From Candidatus Multivorans sp. (lineage in GTDB: Bacteria; Acidobacteriota; Thermoanaerobaculia; Multivoradales; Multivoraceae), in the NCBI GenBank assembly GCA_965224025.1, contig OZ245033.1, forward strand, positions 320,001 through 384,000: a DNA stretch of 64,000 nt, read 5' to 3'. The notes under the pieces are model-generated. The model was given only the letters and a program-made list of their open reading frames with translations, ran no database searches and was not told where the DNA came from. Both the position numbers and the translations under genes were made by a program. Shown one piece after another: positions 19,797 through 29,889 of the stretch; position 1 is the first letter of the stretch, and the number at the start of each line of letters is the position of its first letter.

Positions 19797-20632
19797 CAGT
19801 CGGTGACGGCGTAGGCGTTGCTGATGACGACTCCCCGGGGAGTCGAAACCTGAATCAGGGTGCGGCCGTTCTCCTTCCAACCCCGCGTGGTGAGGTCCTC
19901 GCCCGGAAACACGACATCCGAGAAGCGGGCCTTGAACTCGCGGAAGCGACCCACGTCGCCGTCGCACAGCCCCTCGACGATCGCTCGCACGGCGAAGCCG
20001 TACGTGCACAGACCATGCAGGATCGGCCGGTCGAAACCGGCCGTCCTGGCGAACTCCGGATCGATGTGCAGCGGGTTGTAGTCGCCGCTCAGACGGTACA
20101 GGGCCGCCTGACCTCGCGGGATCGTGTACGTGATGTCGAGATCGGGCCGCACGCCGGCGGGCGGATCCAGGGCCTCGGCCTTTGGACCGGGGTCGCCGCC
20201 GAATCCACCGCCGCCCCGGTAGAAGCCGACCTTGAGGGTTTCGAAGACCTTCTCGCCCTCCACCGTTGCGCCGGCTGCACTCGTGTGGATGACCGCCGCC
20301 TTGCCCTTGTCGAAGATGTTGACGACCCTTGCGGTCACGACCAACGGCCCCTCGGGCGGAATCGGACGGAACGTGCGAATCAGTTGCTCGCCGTGCAGCA
20401 TGCGCGTCTGATCGAACCGCCCTTCCAGATCCCCCATCGCCTCGTACTCGGGAATCACGCAGTAGCTCGGCAGCACCTGGAGGCCGCCCGAGGCGCCCTC
20501 ATAGAGAAGCCCAAGGTCGTCGACCGGCACTCCCACGCCAAGGGCGTAGAGAACAACGTCCTTCCAGCCGTAATCGACGGACCTCGCGGCGGTCTCCAGA
20601 CCGATGAGATCTGCAAGGCCCGGTTCCGGCAT
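19796..20632 (-). CDS. MaoC/hydratase-2 (R-specific enoyl-CoA hydratase, MFE-2-like)
   Basis: LHGEQ, DKGK, LYRLSGDYNPLHIDP, PILHGLCTYG. Confidence 0.9.
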   Translation of the reverse strand: MPEPGLADLIGLETAARSVDYGWKDVVLYALGVGVPVDDLGLLYEGASGGLQVLPSYCVIPEYEAMGDLEGRFDQTRMLHGEQLIRTFRPIPPEGPLVVTARVVNIFDKGKAAVIHTSAAGATVEGEKVFETLKVGFYRGGGGFGGDPGPKAEALDPPAGVRPDLDITYTIPRGQAALYRLSGDYNPLHIDPEFARTAGFDRPILHGLCTYGFAVRAIVEGLCDGDVGRFREFKARFSDVVFPGEDLTTRGWKENGRTLIQVSTPRGVVISNAYAVTD

Positions 20633-20742
20633 CTGCTCCTCCGCGGCGGCGGCTTCCCTGATCGGTTGGACTACGATAACAGCCCCCCGCGAGGCCCCGT
20701 CAATCGACTCCCGGTACGAGTCGGAATGCAGGAGACCACCCC

Positions 20743-21921
20743 ATGTACAGTCTAACCGACGAAGTGCGTGAACACCGCCAGCTCTTTCGGACCTTCATCA
20801 ACGAGCACGTGATTCCGGCGGAGGCCGATCTGGCGGCGGAGTACGACCCGACCGGACCGACCTTCACGCGCCTCAAGGAAGAGGCCAAGCGCCAAGGCCT
20901 GTGGGCAATCGGCCATCCAAGGGACCTCGGCGGCGGCGGTCTGGGCTTCATGCCCTTCGTTTACCTGAACGAGATCATCGGTCGCTCCTATTGGGGCCAA
21001 GTCTGCGTCGGCAGCGTCTCGATGCAGGACTCGATCATGCTCAACCTCTACGCCAGCGACGAGCAGCGGGAGCGGTTTCTCAAGCCATTGGTCGCGGGAG
21101 ACATGTATCCCTCGGTCGGCCTGACCGAGCCCGAGGTCGCGGGTTCGGACCCGACCCTGATGCAGACGACGGCCGTCCTCGACGGCGACGACTGGGTGAT
21201 CAACGGCCACAAGTGGTTCACGTCGAGCGCCGACATCGCGGCGTTCACCACCGTCTTCTGCATCACCGAGCCCGAAGCGGACCGCTACGCGAAGTTCTCT
21301 TCGATCATCGTCCCGACCGATACGCCGGGCTACAACATCGTGCGCGTCATCCCGACCATGGGCAACGTTCACAGCGGCCACTGCGAGGTCCGGCTCGAAG
21401 ACGTGCGAGTCCCCAGGGCCAACCTGCTCGGCAACCGTGGCGAGGGATTCGTGATCGCTCAGAAGCGCCTGGGACCGGGGCGGATCTTCCACTGCATGAG
21501 ATGGCTGGGTCAGGCCCAGCGAGCCTTCGAGCTGATGTGCGAACGGGCATCGAGCCGCTGGGCCCACGGTTCGCTGCTCTCCGAGAAGGGGGAGATTCAG
21601 CGCTTCATCGCGGAATCGGCGGCCGAAATCCAGGCGGCGAGGATGATGACCCTGAACGCGGCCCAGGTGCTCGATCAGGGAGGCGAAGCGCGGGTGGAGA
21701 TCTCACTGATCAAGTTCTGGGGCGCGCGCATGCTCCACAACGTGATCGACCGCGCCATCCAGGTCCACGGCGCCCTCGGCGTCACCGGCGATACGCCGCT
21801 CGAGCACATGTACCGCGAGGCCCGCTACGCGCGCATCTACGACGGACCCGACGAAGTCCACCGCATGGTGGTGGCGCGGCGCCTGTGCCGGGATCCCCAC
21901 GGCGCGCCGCCCTGGGCCTAA
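20743..21921 (+). CDS. Acyl-CoA dehydrogenase (ACAD10/11, FadE2-like)
   Basis: LTEPEVAGSDP, INGHKWFTS, RLGPGRIFHCMR, QVHGALG, RIYDGPDEVH. Confidence 0.92.
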   Translation: MYSLTDEVREHRQLFRTFINEHVIPAEADLAAEYDPTGPTFTRLKEEAKRQGLWAIGHPRDLGGGGLGFMPFVYLNEIIGRSYWGQVCVGSVSMQDSIMLNLYASDEQRERFLKPLVAGDMYPSVGLTEPEVAGSDPTLMQTTAVLDGDDWVINGHKWFTSSADIAAFTTVFCITEPEADRYAKFSSIIVPTDTPGYNIVRVIPTMGNVHSGHCEVRLEDVRVPRANLLGNRGEGFVIAQKRLGPGRIFHCMRWLGQAQRAFELMCERASSRWAHGSLLSEKGEIQRFIAESAAEIQAARMMTLNAAQVLDQGGEARVEISLIKFWGARMLHNVIDRAIQVHGALGVTGDTPLEHMYREARYARIYDGPDEVHRMVVARRLCRDPHGAPPWA

Positions 21922-21944
21922 GCCTGAACGGACGGCAGCCCTAC

Positions 21945-24662
21945 TCAGAAGCGGATGCCGACGTGTACGCGGTACTCGCGCGGCGATTGCAGGGCCGCCG
22001 TGCCCGGAAGCTGGCGGCCGTTGGCGCGGTTGATACCGATGATCTCCTGCTCGTTCGTGATGTTCACCAATTCGAGGCCCACCCTGCCGTGCGTCCCGCC
22101 TCCGAGAGGAAAGTCCCACATTCCGGTCAGGTTGACGGTGTGGGTGTCCTCGAGCTGGTTGACGTCTCGCGGTTCCCGGTAGGACGACGTGTTGATCCTG
22201 GCGCCCGTGACCGGGTGGACGAGCCGGGTCGCTTGCCGGCGCCCCCAGCGCTCGCCGCTGCGGAAACCGTAGTAGCCGCCGATTGAGATGTTGTGGCTCC
22301 CCAGAACGAAGTTCCGCAGAGCCACGACATTCAGGTTGTGGGTGCGATCGAGGAACCCGTGGCCTTCGCGGAAGACGACGGTCGCGTCGGTGGCGCCGGT
22401 GCCGAGTTCGACTCCGCCCAGACCTTCACCGAGATCGTCGTCGTAGATGACGGCGTTGTCGTTGCGGCCGAAGTTGTTGCCGTTGTTGTTCGACCAGGTG
22501 TAGTTCGCCTGCATCGTCCAGTCGTTGCGCATGGCGCGGCGAAGCGTCAGGCGCAGGCCTTCGTACTCGCGGAAGGCGTCGGGTCGATTCCGCACTTCAC
22601 GGAAGATCCGCCCCGCGTCGTCGTACTGATGGGTTGCCAGGTAAAGGTCATTCAGCTCCCAGGTGATGCCCGTGGCCTCGAAGAGCCATATGTCGCCGAA
22701 CTGGGCCGCGATTCCGATCGTGAACTCGTCCTTGTAGTACGGGTCCACCGCCTGCACCGCGTTCGGATTGGCCGGAGTCGCCCGCCGCGCGAAACGGTCG
22801 TAGCGCTGAGTCGCCGGGTTCCAGTTGTACTGGTTGTAGAGGTTGCGGCCATTGGGCAGGGTGCTGAACTCCCGGGTCACCAGATCGCCTTGAAGAATCT
22901 GGTAGTAGCGCCCGGCGTTCAACCTGAAGACCAGCGTGCCGTCACGCCTGATGTCGTAGTTGGCCGCCAGCCGCGGCGCCACCTCGGTCCAGTCATTGAT
23001 CTTGGTACCGACATCGTTGTTCTGTTTCTGGCTGTCCAGGCGCAGGCCGTAGTAGATGTTCCACTGGTCGGACGCCGCCACGCGATCGTCGGCATAGACG
23101 GAGAGGATCTCGTCGGCGTTGACGGTCGGACTCGGCGGATCGAAGACGTTGAGGAACTGCGGTCGAGCGAAGCCCCCAGGCAGGCTCGGGTCATAGCCGA
23201 TGCCGTAGAAGCGATGGCCGATCTCGTTCACGGCCTCGATCGAAAGGTCCTGGTAGTCGGCGCCGAACTTGAACTGGTGATTGCCGCGGAACGTGCCGAT
23301 CGACACATTCGCCTGCTCGCGCGGAATCGTGATGTAGCCCTCTCCCGCGGGGTGACCGATCGTGTTGTAACGAATGCGCGATCCCCGGTCCTCGTACGAG
23401 AAGTTGTTGCCCAGCGGAGTGTGGGAGTCGGCGCCCGGGCTGGGAGTTCGTGAACGGATGATGCCCCGGTTGACCGTGTTCTCCTGCGATGCGATCTTGA
23501 GCTCCAGGAAGGACGATGAACTGAGACTCGCGCTCCACGTACCGGAGAAGAACTCGCCCGGCAGGTCGCACTTGCAGACGGCGAACTCGTCGCCGGTCGA
23601 GACGTTGGCGTGGTTCTTGTCGATCGGGCTGTCCACGCCGGTGACAGTGAAGTAGTGGCGCTCGTTGGGCTGGAAGCTGAGCTTCAGCGTCGCCACGTTG
23701 GCCTTGAAGCTGATGTCCTCAAAACTGCCGTCCCCGAGAATGTCGAGACTGTTGGTGTTCTGCTTCGAGTGGGCGGCGAAGAACCAGGCCTTGTCGCGCT
23801 TCAGGTAGCCGCCGAGGTTGGCCTCGTAGCTGTTCTCGACATCGCTCGATCGCGGATGTCCGGGCGCCACATCCGAGGTCGCCTTCCACTTCTGGCTTTG
23901 CGGGATCAGCAAGGCCTGACCGTGAAAGTCGTTGGTGCCCGACTTGATCACCGCGTTGGTGACGCCGCCGACCACCCGGCCGTACTCGGCGCCGAAGCCG
24001 GCGTCCTCCAGCCGCACCTCTTCCAGCGAACTCGATGGCAGCATCGCTCGCGGGCTGCCGCCGAAGCGCATGAAGCTGATGTCGACGCCGTCGACGAACC
24101 CGGCCATCTCGACATCCTGGCCGCCGTTGACGGCGAACTTGATGTCGCCCTGAAAGCGGGACGTGGCGTCATGAACCACGCCCGGCAGCACCTCCATCGA
24201 CGCCTGGTAGTTGCGGCCCTTGAAGCTCAACTGCTCCGCGACCTCGGCCTCCAGACTGGTCTGCGAACCGACGGCGTACTTGTCGATGGTCACCGCATCC
24301 GAGACCACCGTGATCGTCTCTTCAGTCGCCGAAATCAGAGTCATGTCGAGCGTTCGGCGGCCGCCGGATTCGACCTGTACGGCCGCCTCCGCGGTTCCCA
24401 TGCCCTCCAGGTCCGCGCTGAGCCGGTAAGAACCCGGAGCAACCAGGAGGAACCTGAACCTTCCTTCTGCGTCAGTGATGCCGGCCATGTCGCCGCGGTC
24501 ACCGCCGAGTGTCACGGTCGCGCCGGGAACCCCGGCGCCGGCGTTGTTGCGAACGACGCCGTCCACGGTGCCGGTCTGGACACCGTCCGCCCACAACGAC
24601 AAGGGGCAACAGAGGGCGATCGCAAGGATCCAGGGCAGCAGGTGAAACGTCCGATCCTTCAT
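21945..24662 (-). CDS. TonB-dependent receptor, Oar-like, with carboxypeptidase-regulatory-like N-terminal domain
   Basis: Signal peptide, TGTVDGVV…PGATVT, AEYGRVVGGVTNAVIKSGTN, APRL, C-terminal …VGIRF. Confidence 0.88.
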   Translation of the reverse strand: MKDRTFHLLPWILAIALCCPLSLWADGVQTGTVDGVVRNNAGAGVPGATVTLGGDRGDMAGITDAEGRFRFLLVAPGSYRLSADLEGMGTAEAAVQVESGGRRTLDMTLISATEETITVVSDAVTIDKYAVGSQTSLEAEVAEQLSFKGRNYQASMEVLPGVVHDATSRFQGDIKFAVNGGQDVEMAGFVDGVDISFMRFGGSPRAMLPSSSLEEVRLEDAGFGAEYGRVVGGVTNAVIKSGTNDFHGQALLIPQSQKWKATSDVAPGHPRSSDVENSYEANLGGYLKRDKAWFFAAHSKQNTNSLDILGDGSFEDISFKANVATLKLSFQPNERHYFTVTGVDSPIDKNHANVSTGDEFAVCKCDLPGEFFSGTWSASLSSSSFLELKIASQENTVNRGIIRSRTPSPGADSHTPLGNNFSYEDRGSRIRYNTIGHPAGEGYITIPREQANVSIGTFRGNHQFKFGADYQDLSIEAVNEIGHRFYGIGYDPSLPGGFARPQFLNVFDPPSPTVNADEILSVYADDRVAASDQWNIYYGLRLDSQKQNNDVGTKINDWTEVAPRLAANYDIRRDGTLVFRLNAGRYYQILQGDLVTREFSTLPNGRNLYNQYNWNPATQRYDRFARRATPANPNAVQAVDPYYKDEFTIGIAAQFGDIWLFEATGITWELNDLYLATHQYDDAGRIFREVRNRPDAFREYEGLRLTLRRAMRNDWTMQANYTWSNNNGNNFGRNDNAVIYDDDLGEGLGGVELGTGATDATVVFREGHGFLDRTHNLNVVALRNFVLGSHNISIGGYYGFRSGERWGRRQATRLVHPVTGARINTSSYREPRDVNQLEDTHTVNLTGMWDFPLGGGTHGRVGLELVNITNEQEIIGINRANGRQLPGTAALQSPREYRVHVGIRF

Positions 24663-24807
24663 GGCTCGCCTCCGAACTGGTTCTTGATAGGGGATCTTGG
24701 GAGCCTATGACAACGTGGTTCGAATCTCAAACGCTGATTGGGGTCCGAGATTCCCGGCTGCTAGCGCCGAACGCGGGCCAGTCCGCCAAGTCGGATTCCG
24801 CCCGCGG

Positions 24808-24906
24808 CGGATGCGGGCCAGAACCCGGGTGGCGCGATCCGCGCCACCCGCGAACCACTCTGTGCGCCCGTCATCGGGCGCACAGATGGCAGGCCCGCGC
24901 ACCCAG
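24808..24906 (+). repeat. REP-like repeat interrupted by a 68-bp two-hairpin element (24823-24890, inverted relative to 10995-11063)
   Basis: CGGATGCGGGCCAGA|insert|AGGCCCGCGCACCCAG. Removing the insert reproduces 5906-5936 exactly. Confidence 0.8.
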
Positions 24907-24973
24907 AGACAAGTCGGTGCCCGCCTAGAGCGCGCCAAGCAACCAGCCAACATGCACAGCCACCGTTCCCTGC

Positions 24974-25005
24974 GCGTCAGCGCAGCGCACGCGCTGCGCT
25001 GACGC
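24974..25005. terminator. Strong GC hairpin directly after the sulfatase stop (terminator- or REP-like)
   Basis: GCGTCAGCGCAGCGC-AC-GCGCTGCGCTGACGC, perfect 15-bp inverted repeat; no clear U-tract. Confidence 0.45.
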
Positions 25006-26517
25006 CTAGCCGACGCGGTAGCTGCCCCCGCGCATCATGGCTTCCAGCTCGCGGCAACGGCGTGGATGATCGGCGCTCAGATCGACCTCCTCCCGGGGAT
25101 CATCCTGGAGATCGTAGAGGCGCCGGTCCGCGCCCTCGAAGCCCGTGATCAGCTTGTAGCGGCCGTCGTAGACCATCCTCCAGTCGTAGAGGCCTGACAG
25201 CACGTATTCGCGATGCCGGTCAATCTCCCCGGCAAGCAGCCCACGCAGCGAGATACCGTCCATGTCCTCGGGACCGCCGACGCCGCCGAGGTCGAGAAAC
25301 GTGGCCGTGAGATCGATCAGGCTGACCATGGCGCGGGTTCGCCGGCCCGGCGCCACCCCGGGTCCGGCGATCACCAGGGGTACCGCCGCCGAAGCCTCGA
25401 AGGGCACCGTCTTGCCCCAGCGCGAGCGGTCGCCCAGCATCTCGCCGTGATCGCTCGAGTAGACGACGATGGTGTTCTCGAGCTCGCCGCGTTCCTCCAG
25501 GCGCTCGACGAAGAAGCCGATCCAGCGGTCGATGTTCTCGATCATCGCGGCGTAGTTCTGGCGAATGCGGATGTGATGGTCCGCGTCCCAAGGGCCGTCG
25601 TAGTCGTGCGGCTGCGGGAAGTCGTCGATCACGCGATCCGGCCCCCTGTAGAGGCGCTCCATCCGCGTCGTGATGTCCATCGGCGGGTGGGGGCCGGCGA
25701 AGTTGACGGCCATGAACCAAGGCTCGCCGGCCGGAACGGCGTCGAGCAGCGACATGCCGTTGCGACCGATCCAGTTGTCGCAGTAGTCGGCGTCGGCGAG
25801 CGGTGAGACGCGGGTCTTCCCCCACTGCTCGACCGTCTCAGGGCTCCGCCGCTCGAGCATGTCCTCGGCGCAAATCTTCCCCTGACCCGGGTCGAGCGCG
25901 TCGAGATAGGCATAGTACGGGTCCTTCGCTCCCCGCGGCTGCGCGCTGTAGATCATCGCACCGGCGCCCTTGCCGGCGTTGTTGATCGCGTCGCTGAAGC
26001 CCCACTGTTCCGCGAAGCGACGCCCGTCGAGGCCCAGCCCAAGCGGCTCTCCGGCTCGGTCGCTCCGCCCGCTCTGCTCGATGACCTGGAACAACGCGCC
26101 CGAAGCCAAGTCCAGCTTGCCGCAGCCGAGCACGTGGTAGCCGCCGTCACGGAGCCGGCGGTAGAACGTCGTCCGGTCCAGGGGCAGGCTCTGTCTGTTC
26201 GTCGGCACACCGCAATCGTCGTACTCGCGTCCGAACGCCAGGCAGGCGCGCGAAGGCCCGCACACCGGGGCCGCGCAGTAGGTCCGCTCCAACGTCAGCC
26301 CCCGTGCCGCCAGCGCCTCGAGATGGGGCATCGGCACGGGGACAGCCGGGTTCCCGGGCATCCAGTCCCAACGATGCTGGTCGGGGAACAGGAGCAGGAT
26401 GTTGGGCCGCGAAGGCGGCTCGGCCGCCGGCTCCTGCGGACCGCACCCGTAGGCCGCTGACAGCACTCCGGTCGCCAGGGAACCCGTGAGGAACTCGCGT
26501 CGCGTCGGTCGGGACAT
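25006..26517 (-). CDS. Sulfatase (choline-sulfatase-like), Tat-exported lipoprotein
   Basis: TRREFL Tat motif, AYGC, PNILLLFPDQHR, CGPSR, GPHPP, SDHGEMLG. Confidence 0.88.
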   Translation of the reverse strand: MSRPTRREFLTGSLATGVLSAAYGCGPQEPAAEPPSRPNILLLFPDQHRWDWMPGNPAVPVPMPHLEALAARGLTLERTYCAAPVCGPSRACLAFGREYDDCGVPTNRQSLPLDRTTFYRRLRDGGYHVLGCGKLDLASGALFQVIEQSGRSDRAGEPLGLGLDGRRFAEQWGFSDAINNAGKGAGAMIYSAQPRGAKDPYYAYLDALDPGQGKICAEDMLERRSPETVEQWGKTRVSPLADADYCDNWIGRNGMSLLDAVPAGEPWFMAVNFAGPHPPMDITTRMERLYRGPDRVIDDFPQPHDYDGPWDADHHIRIRQNYAAMIENIDRWIGFFVERLEERGELENTIVVYSSDHGEMLGDRSRWGKTVPFEASAAVPLVIAGPGVAPGRRTRAMVSLIDLTATFLDLGGVGGPEDMDGISLRGLLAGEIDRHREYVLSGLYDWRMVYDGRYKLITGFEGADRRLYDLQDDPREEVDLSADHPRRCRELEAMMRGGSYRVG

Positions 26518-26531
26518 CTCCTATCCCCCTT

Positions 26532-26647
26532 CAGTCTCCTAGCGCCCCGAAACGCCTCGCAAGCTCGGAGTTTCGGCCCGTCCCGTCCTCACCATGACCT
26601 TGCGCCCCAGAACTCGCTTCGCTGCGTTCTGCGGCGCAAGCTCCTAG
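26532..26647. repeat. Intergenic hairpin-rich repeat bounded by CTCCTAG direct repeats
   Basis: CTCCTAG at 26536-26542 and 26641-26647. 26532-26546 is identical to 5948-5962; 26536-26558 nearly matches the reverse complement of 42763-42784. Internal CTTGCGCC…GGCGCAAG stem. Confidence 0.55.
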
Positions 26648-26660
26648 ACTATGCCCACTT

Positions 26661-29321
26661 ATGAACCAACGCCGAAGTCTCCGGGGCTCGGCCTTCCTGC
26701 AGGCCGGGTTGGTCGCCGTCCTCTTGCTGGGCTGTGAGGCCGCCCCCACGGTCGGCGGCGACTACCTCTCGCCCGACCTCCGCGCAAAGGTGGAACAACT
26801 GAAGGTCGACCGCGCGGCGGCGCCAACCAGTCCTGCCAACGTCTACGAACGCGTAGACATCCTCTGGGAATGGGCGAACGCGTACGCCCTGACCGGAGGT
26901 CCTCTGCCGGTGAACTTCGCTCTCGATACCGCGATCATGCGCTGGGCGGAGGCCGACGGCTCGCCTCCGGACGAGCGCCTGGTCACCGATGTCGAACTGA
27001 ACACCGTCGAGGACTACGTTCCCTACATCGATCGCTACCTCGAAGAGCTGCAGATCAAGGACGAGGATCCGGGCGCCCTGGGCAGCCTCCGCGTCGTGCC
27101 CGACGAACCGCTGACCGCGGGAACGAAGGCGACCGTCGAGCTCGTCTACGAAGTCGGCAACATGCCGATGCACGTCGGCGGCGGCGTGCTGGCCGGACGC
27201 CAGTGGCTGGCGGATGTCAACGACTTCCAGAACCAGGATCCGGCCGCTCCGAACTACCTCACCGCCCGAACGTCGAGGCCCGACGCCCGGCTCGAAGCGG
27301 TCATGGTTCCCCTCGTGGGGCCGCATGGTTCGCAGCGCTTCCCCAAGCCGACGCCGGCCTTCCGCCTTGTCGGCGCCCCCCTCGAACCCGGCGACACGAT
27401 TACCGTTACCTACGGCGATCAATCCGGCGGCTCGGAAGGAATCGGAGTCCAGGCCTTCGAAACCGACGCTCTGCTCCTCCCGCTCTACATCGATCCTCAG
27501 GGCAACGGGAACTGGCTGACACCGGAGTGGCCGCGCCTGACCGTGATCGGAGGCGCCGTGGCGGGGGCGAGAGTGCTGGCGCCGTCGGTGGTGGCGGCCG
27601 GAGAGTCCTTCGACCTTACCGTCCGCAGCGAGGACGGCGCCTTCAACCGCGCCAGCGGGGCATTGCCGGGATACGAGATCCTCCTGAACGGCGAAGTAGT
27701 GGCAACGGTCGCGGAGCCCGAAGGCGCCGTCGCCATCGCCGGCGGGCTGACGATTCAAGAGCCGGGAACGTACCGCCTCGTCGCACGTTCGAGCGACGGC
27801 GCGCTCGAGGCCACGAGCAACCCGGTGTGGGTCGAGAACGAGCCCCAGCGCAGGATCCTGTGGGGGGAGACCCACGGCCACACAGGCTTCGCCGAGGGCC
27901 AGGGATCGCTTGAGGGGTACTTCCGCTACGGCGTCGAGGACGCGCGTCTCGACTTCCTGACCCTCTCGGAGCATGACTTCTGGCTCGACGACTACGAGTG
28001 GCAACAGTTGCGGGAGATCAGCCGCCGCACCACGGAGGCCGGCCGGGCGGTCGCCTTCCTGGGCTACGAATGGACCCCGACCCGAAAACGCGGCGGCCAT
28101 CACAACGTGCTCTTCCGCAGCCCCGACCGGGAGCGGGTACCGGTCCAGGAAGCGCATCGCCTGCCGCTGCTGTGGGAGGGGCTTCGCGCCGCCAACGCAC
28201 CGGCCGACGTCCTGGTCATCCCGCACGCGCACTCCGCGGGAGACTGGACGCAGAGTGACGGCGAGCTGGAGCGCGTCGTCGAGATCCACAGCGAGCACGG
28301 CACCTTCGAGTGGTACGGCAACATGTTCCTGCGCAATGGTTTCGAGGTCGGCTTCCTGGCGGCCTCGGACGACCATCGCGCCAAGCCCGGCGCTCCCCAG
28401 GGACACTTCCAGGCCTCGCTGATCGGAGTTCCGGGACTGGCCGCCGTGCGCGCCGCCGAGAAGACCGCCGACGCCATCTTCGACGCCCTCCGCGAGCGCT
28501 CGGTCTACGCCGTCTCCGGACCGCGCATCCTTCTCGACGCCGAGTTGAACGGCTATCCGATGGGGGTCCGCCAGCCGCAGGCCGAACAGCGCCGCATCGT
28601 GGCCCGGGTATCCGGCACCTCCCCCATCGACCGCATGGAGGTGATCAAGAACGGCGAAGTCGCCTTCAGCCGCAGCTACCTGTCGGCGCCGCTTGGCGAC
28701 CGGTCCTGGCTGCAACTCGGCTTCGAGTCCTCCTCGGAGGTCTTCACGCTGGACGCGGTCGACAACCCACGCCCTTACCGCGTCTGGCGCGGGGAGCTGC
28801 GGGTGCGGGGCGCGCGGGTCCTGGGCGTCGTTCCTGTCGGCCTCGACAACCGGGTACTCGACTGGATCGAGACCGAAGACGCCGGCGTGTTTCGCTTCGA
28901 CATTCGTACCCGCGGCCGCGGCGACACCGTTCTGTTGGACGTCGCCGGCGCCACGGCGTCGACCACACTTGAGATCGAACTCGAGCCGAGCCGCGAGTAC
29001 GGCATCGGCCAGGGGCACGAACGTCCGGCGATGGACATTCCCGGCGCCCGCGTCGAACTCCGTCTGGACGCGCTTCGAAACAACCGGCTCGAGCACGAGG
29101 TTCCGTTCGGCGAGCACGTCGATCGCCTGACCCTGCACGTCGTTGTGCCCGACGCCCCGCTCGACCGCGAGTTCGAATACCTGGACATGGGGCCGGCAGC
29201 GCCCGGCGACTACTACTACGTCCGCGTCACCCAGCTCGACGGCGGTCAGGCCTGGTCGAGCCCGTTCTGGGTAAGCACGAGAACCGCCGCCTCGCAGTCC
29301 GCCGCCGGAGACGATCCGTGA
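26661..29321 (+). CDS. DUF3604/PHP-like metallohydrolase lipoprotein, paralog A
   Basis: LLGC lipobox; WGETHGHT, SEHD, GYEW, GGHHNV, IPHAH, VEIHSEHG, SDDH, YYYVRVTQLDGGQAWSSPFWV. Confidence 0.8.
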   Translation: MNQRRSLRGSAFLQAGLVAVLLLGCEAAPTVGGDYLSPDLRAKVEQLKVDRAAAPTSPANVYERVDILWEWANAYALTGGPLPVNFALDTAIMRWAEADGSPPDERLVTDVELNTVEDYVPYIDRYLEELQIKDEDPGALGSLRVVPDEPLTAGTKATVELVYEVGNMPMHVGGGVLAGRQWLADVNDFQNQDPAAPNYLTARTSRPDARLEAVMVPLVGPHGSQRFPKPTPAFRLVGAPLEPGDTITVTYGDQSGGSEGIGVQAFETDALLLPLYIDPQGNGNWLTPEWPRLTVIGGAVAGARVLAPSVVAAGESFDLTVRSEDGAFNRASGALPGYEILLNGEVVATVAEPEGAVAIAGGLTIQEPGTYRLVARSSDGALEATSNPVWVENEPQRRILWGETHGHTGFAEGQGSLEGYFRYGVEDARLDFLTLSEHDFWLDDYEWQQLREISRRTTEAGRAVAFLGYEWTPTRKRGGHHNVLFRSPDRERVPVQEAHRLPLLWEGLRAANAPADVLVIPHAHSAGDWTQSDGELERVVEIHSEHGTFEWYGNMFLRNGFEVGFLAASDDHRAKPGAPQGHFQASLIGVPGLAAVRAAEKTADAIFDALRERSVYAVSGPRILLDAELNGYPMGVRQPQAEQRRIVARVSGTSPIDRMEVIKNGEVAFSRSYLSAPLGDRSWLQLGFESSSEVFTLDAVDNPRPYRVWRGELRVRGARVLGVVPVGLDNRVLDWIETEDAGVFRFDIRTRGRGDTVLLDVAGATASTTLEIELEPSREYGIGQGHERPAMDIPGARVELRLDALRNNRLEHEVPFGEHVDRLTLHVVVPDAPLDREFEYLDMGPAAPGDYYYVRVTQLDGGQAWSSPFWVSTRTAASQSAAGDDP

Positions 29322-29806
29322 GGACGATCCGCTTCGACGACATCGACGCCCTACGCGGCGAGATCAGCGAGGAGTTCGGCCCCTGGAGCGAGCCCCTGGA
29401 AGTGAAGCAGGCGATGATCGACGCGTTCGCCGACCTCTCCGGGGATCACAACTGGATCCACGTCGATGTCGAGCGGGCTCGGCGCGAGAGTCCCTTCGGT
29501 CGACCGATCGCCCACGGCATGCTCACCCTGAGCCTGTTCGCCAACCTCCCGGACGGCGCCGACTTCCGGCTCACCGGATTCGGCAATTCGACGAACTACG
29601 GCATCGACCGGGTTCGTTTCCTCGCCCCGGTGCCGGCCGGCGCCCGCCTGCAGGCCAGCGTCCGGTTGGTCGACGTTCAGCAGAAGAGCCGCGGAACCCT
29701 GCTGGCGCGAGAGGTGCGTGTACGCCTGACCGGAGAGGACCGCCTCGTCTTCCTCGCCCGGCCCCTGGTTCTCTTCATGCCACCGGCCGCGGGAGGCACG
29801 AGCTAG
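29318..29806 (+). CDS. MaoC family dehydratase (NodN-like)
   Basis: FADLSGDHNWIHVD, PFGRPIAHGMLTLS, NYGIDRVRF; GTGA overlap. Confidence 0.88.
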   Translation: MRTIRFDDIDALRGEISEEFGPWSEPLEVKQAMIDAFADLSGDHNWIHVDVERARRESPFGRPIAHGMLTLSLFANLPDGADFRLTGFGNSTNYGIDRVRFLAPVPAGARLQASVRLVDVQQKSRGTLLAREVRVRLTGEDRLVFLARPLVLFMPPAAGGTS

Positions 29807-29889
29807 AGCCGCCAAACTCGTCGCAGACTCCGTGTTCGACCCCAGCCCCCACGTCACTATGACGCTGCAAACTCCTGGAAAGGAAGACA

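Noticed and set aside
26649-29138. Long antisense or alternative-frame ORFs (for example 26649-29138 -, 33337-34989 -, 35789-37267 -, 42778-44496 -, 57142-58659 -)
   Set aside because: They shadow well-supported genes, lack recognisable motifs, and are expected from GC-rich codon bias.
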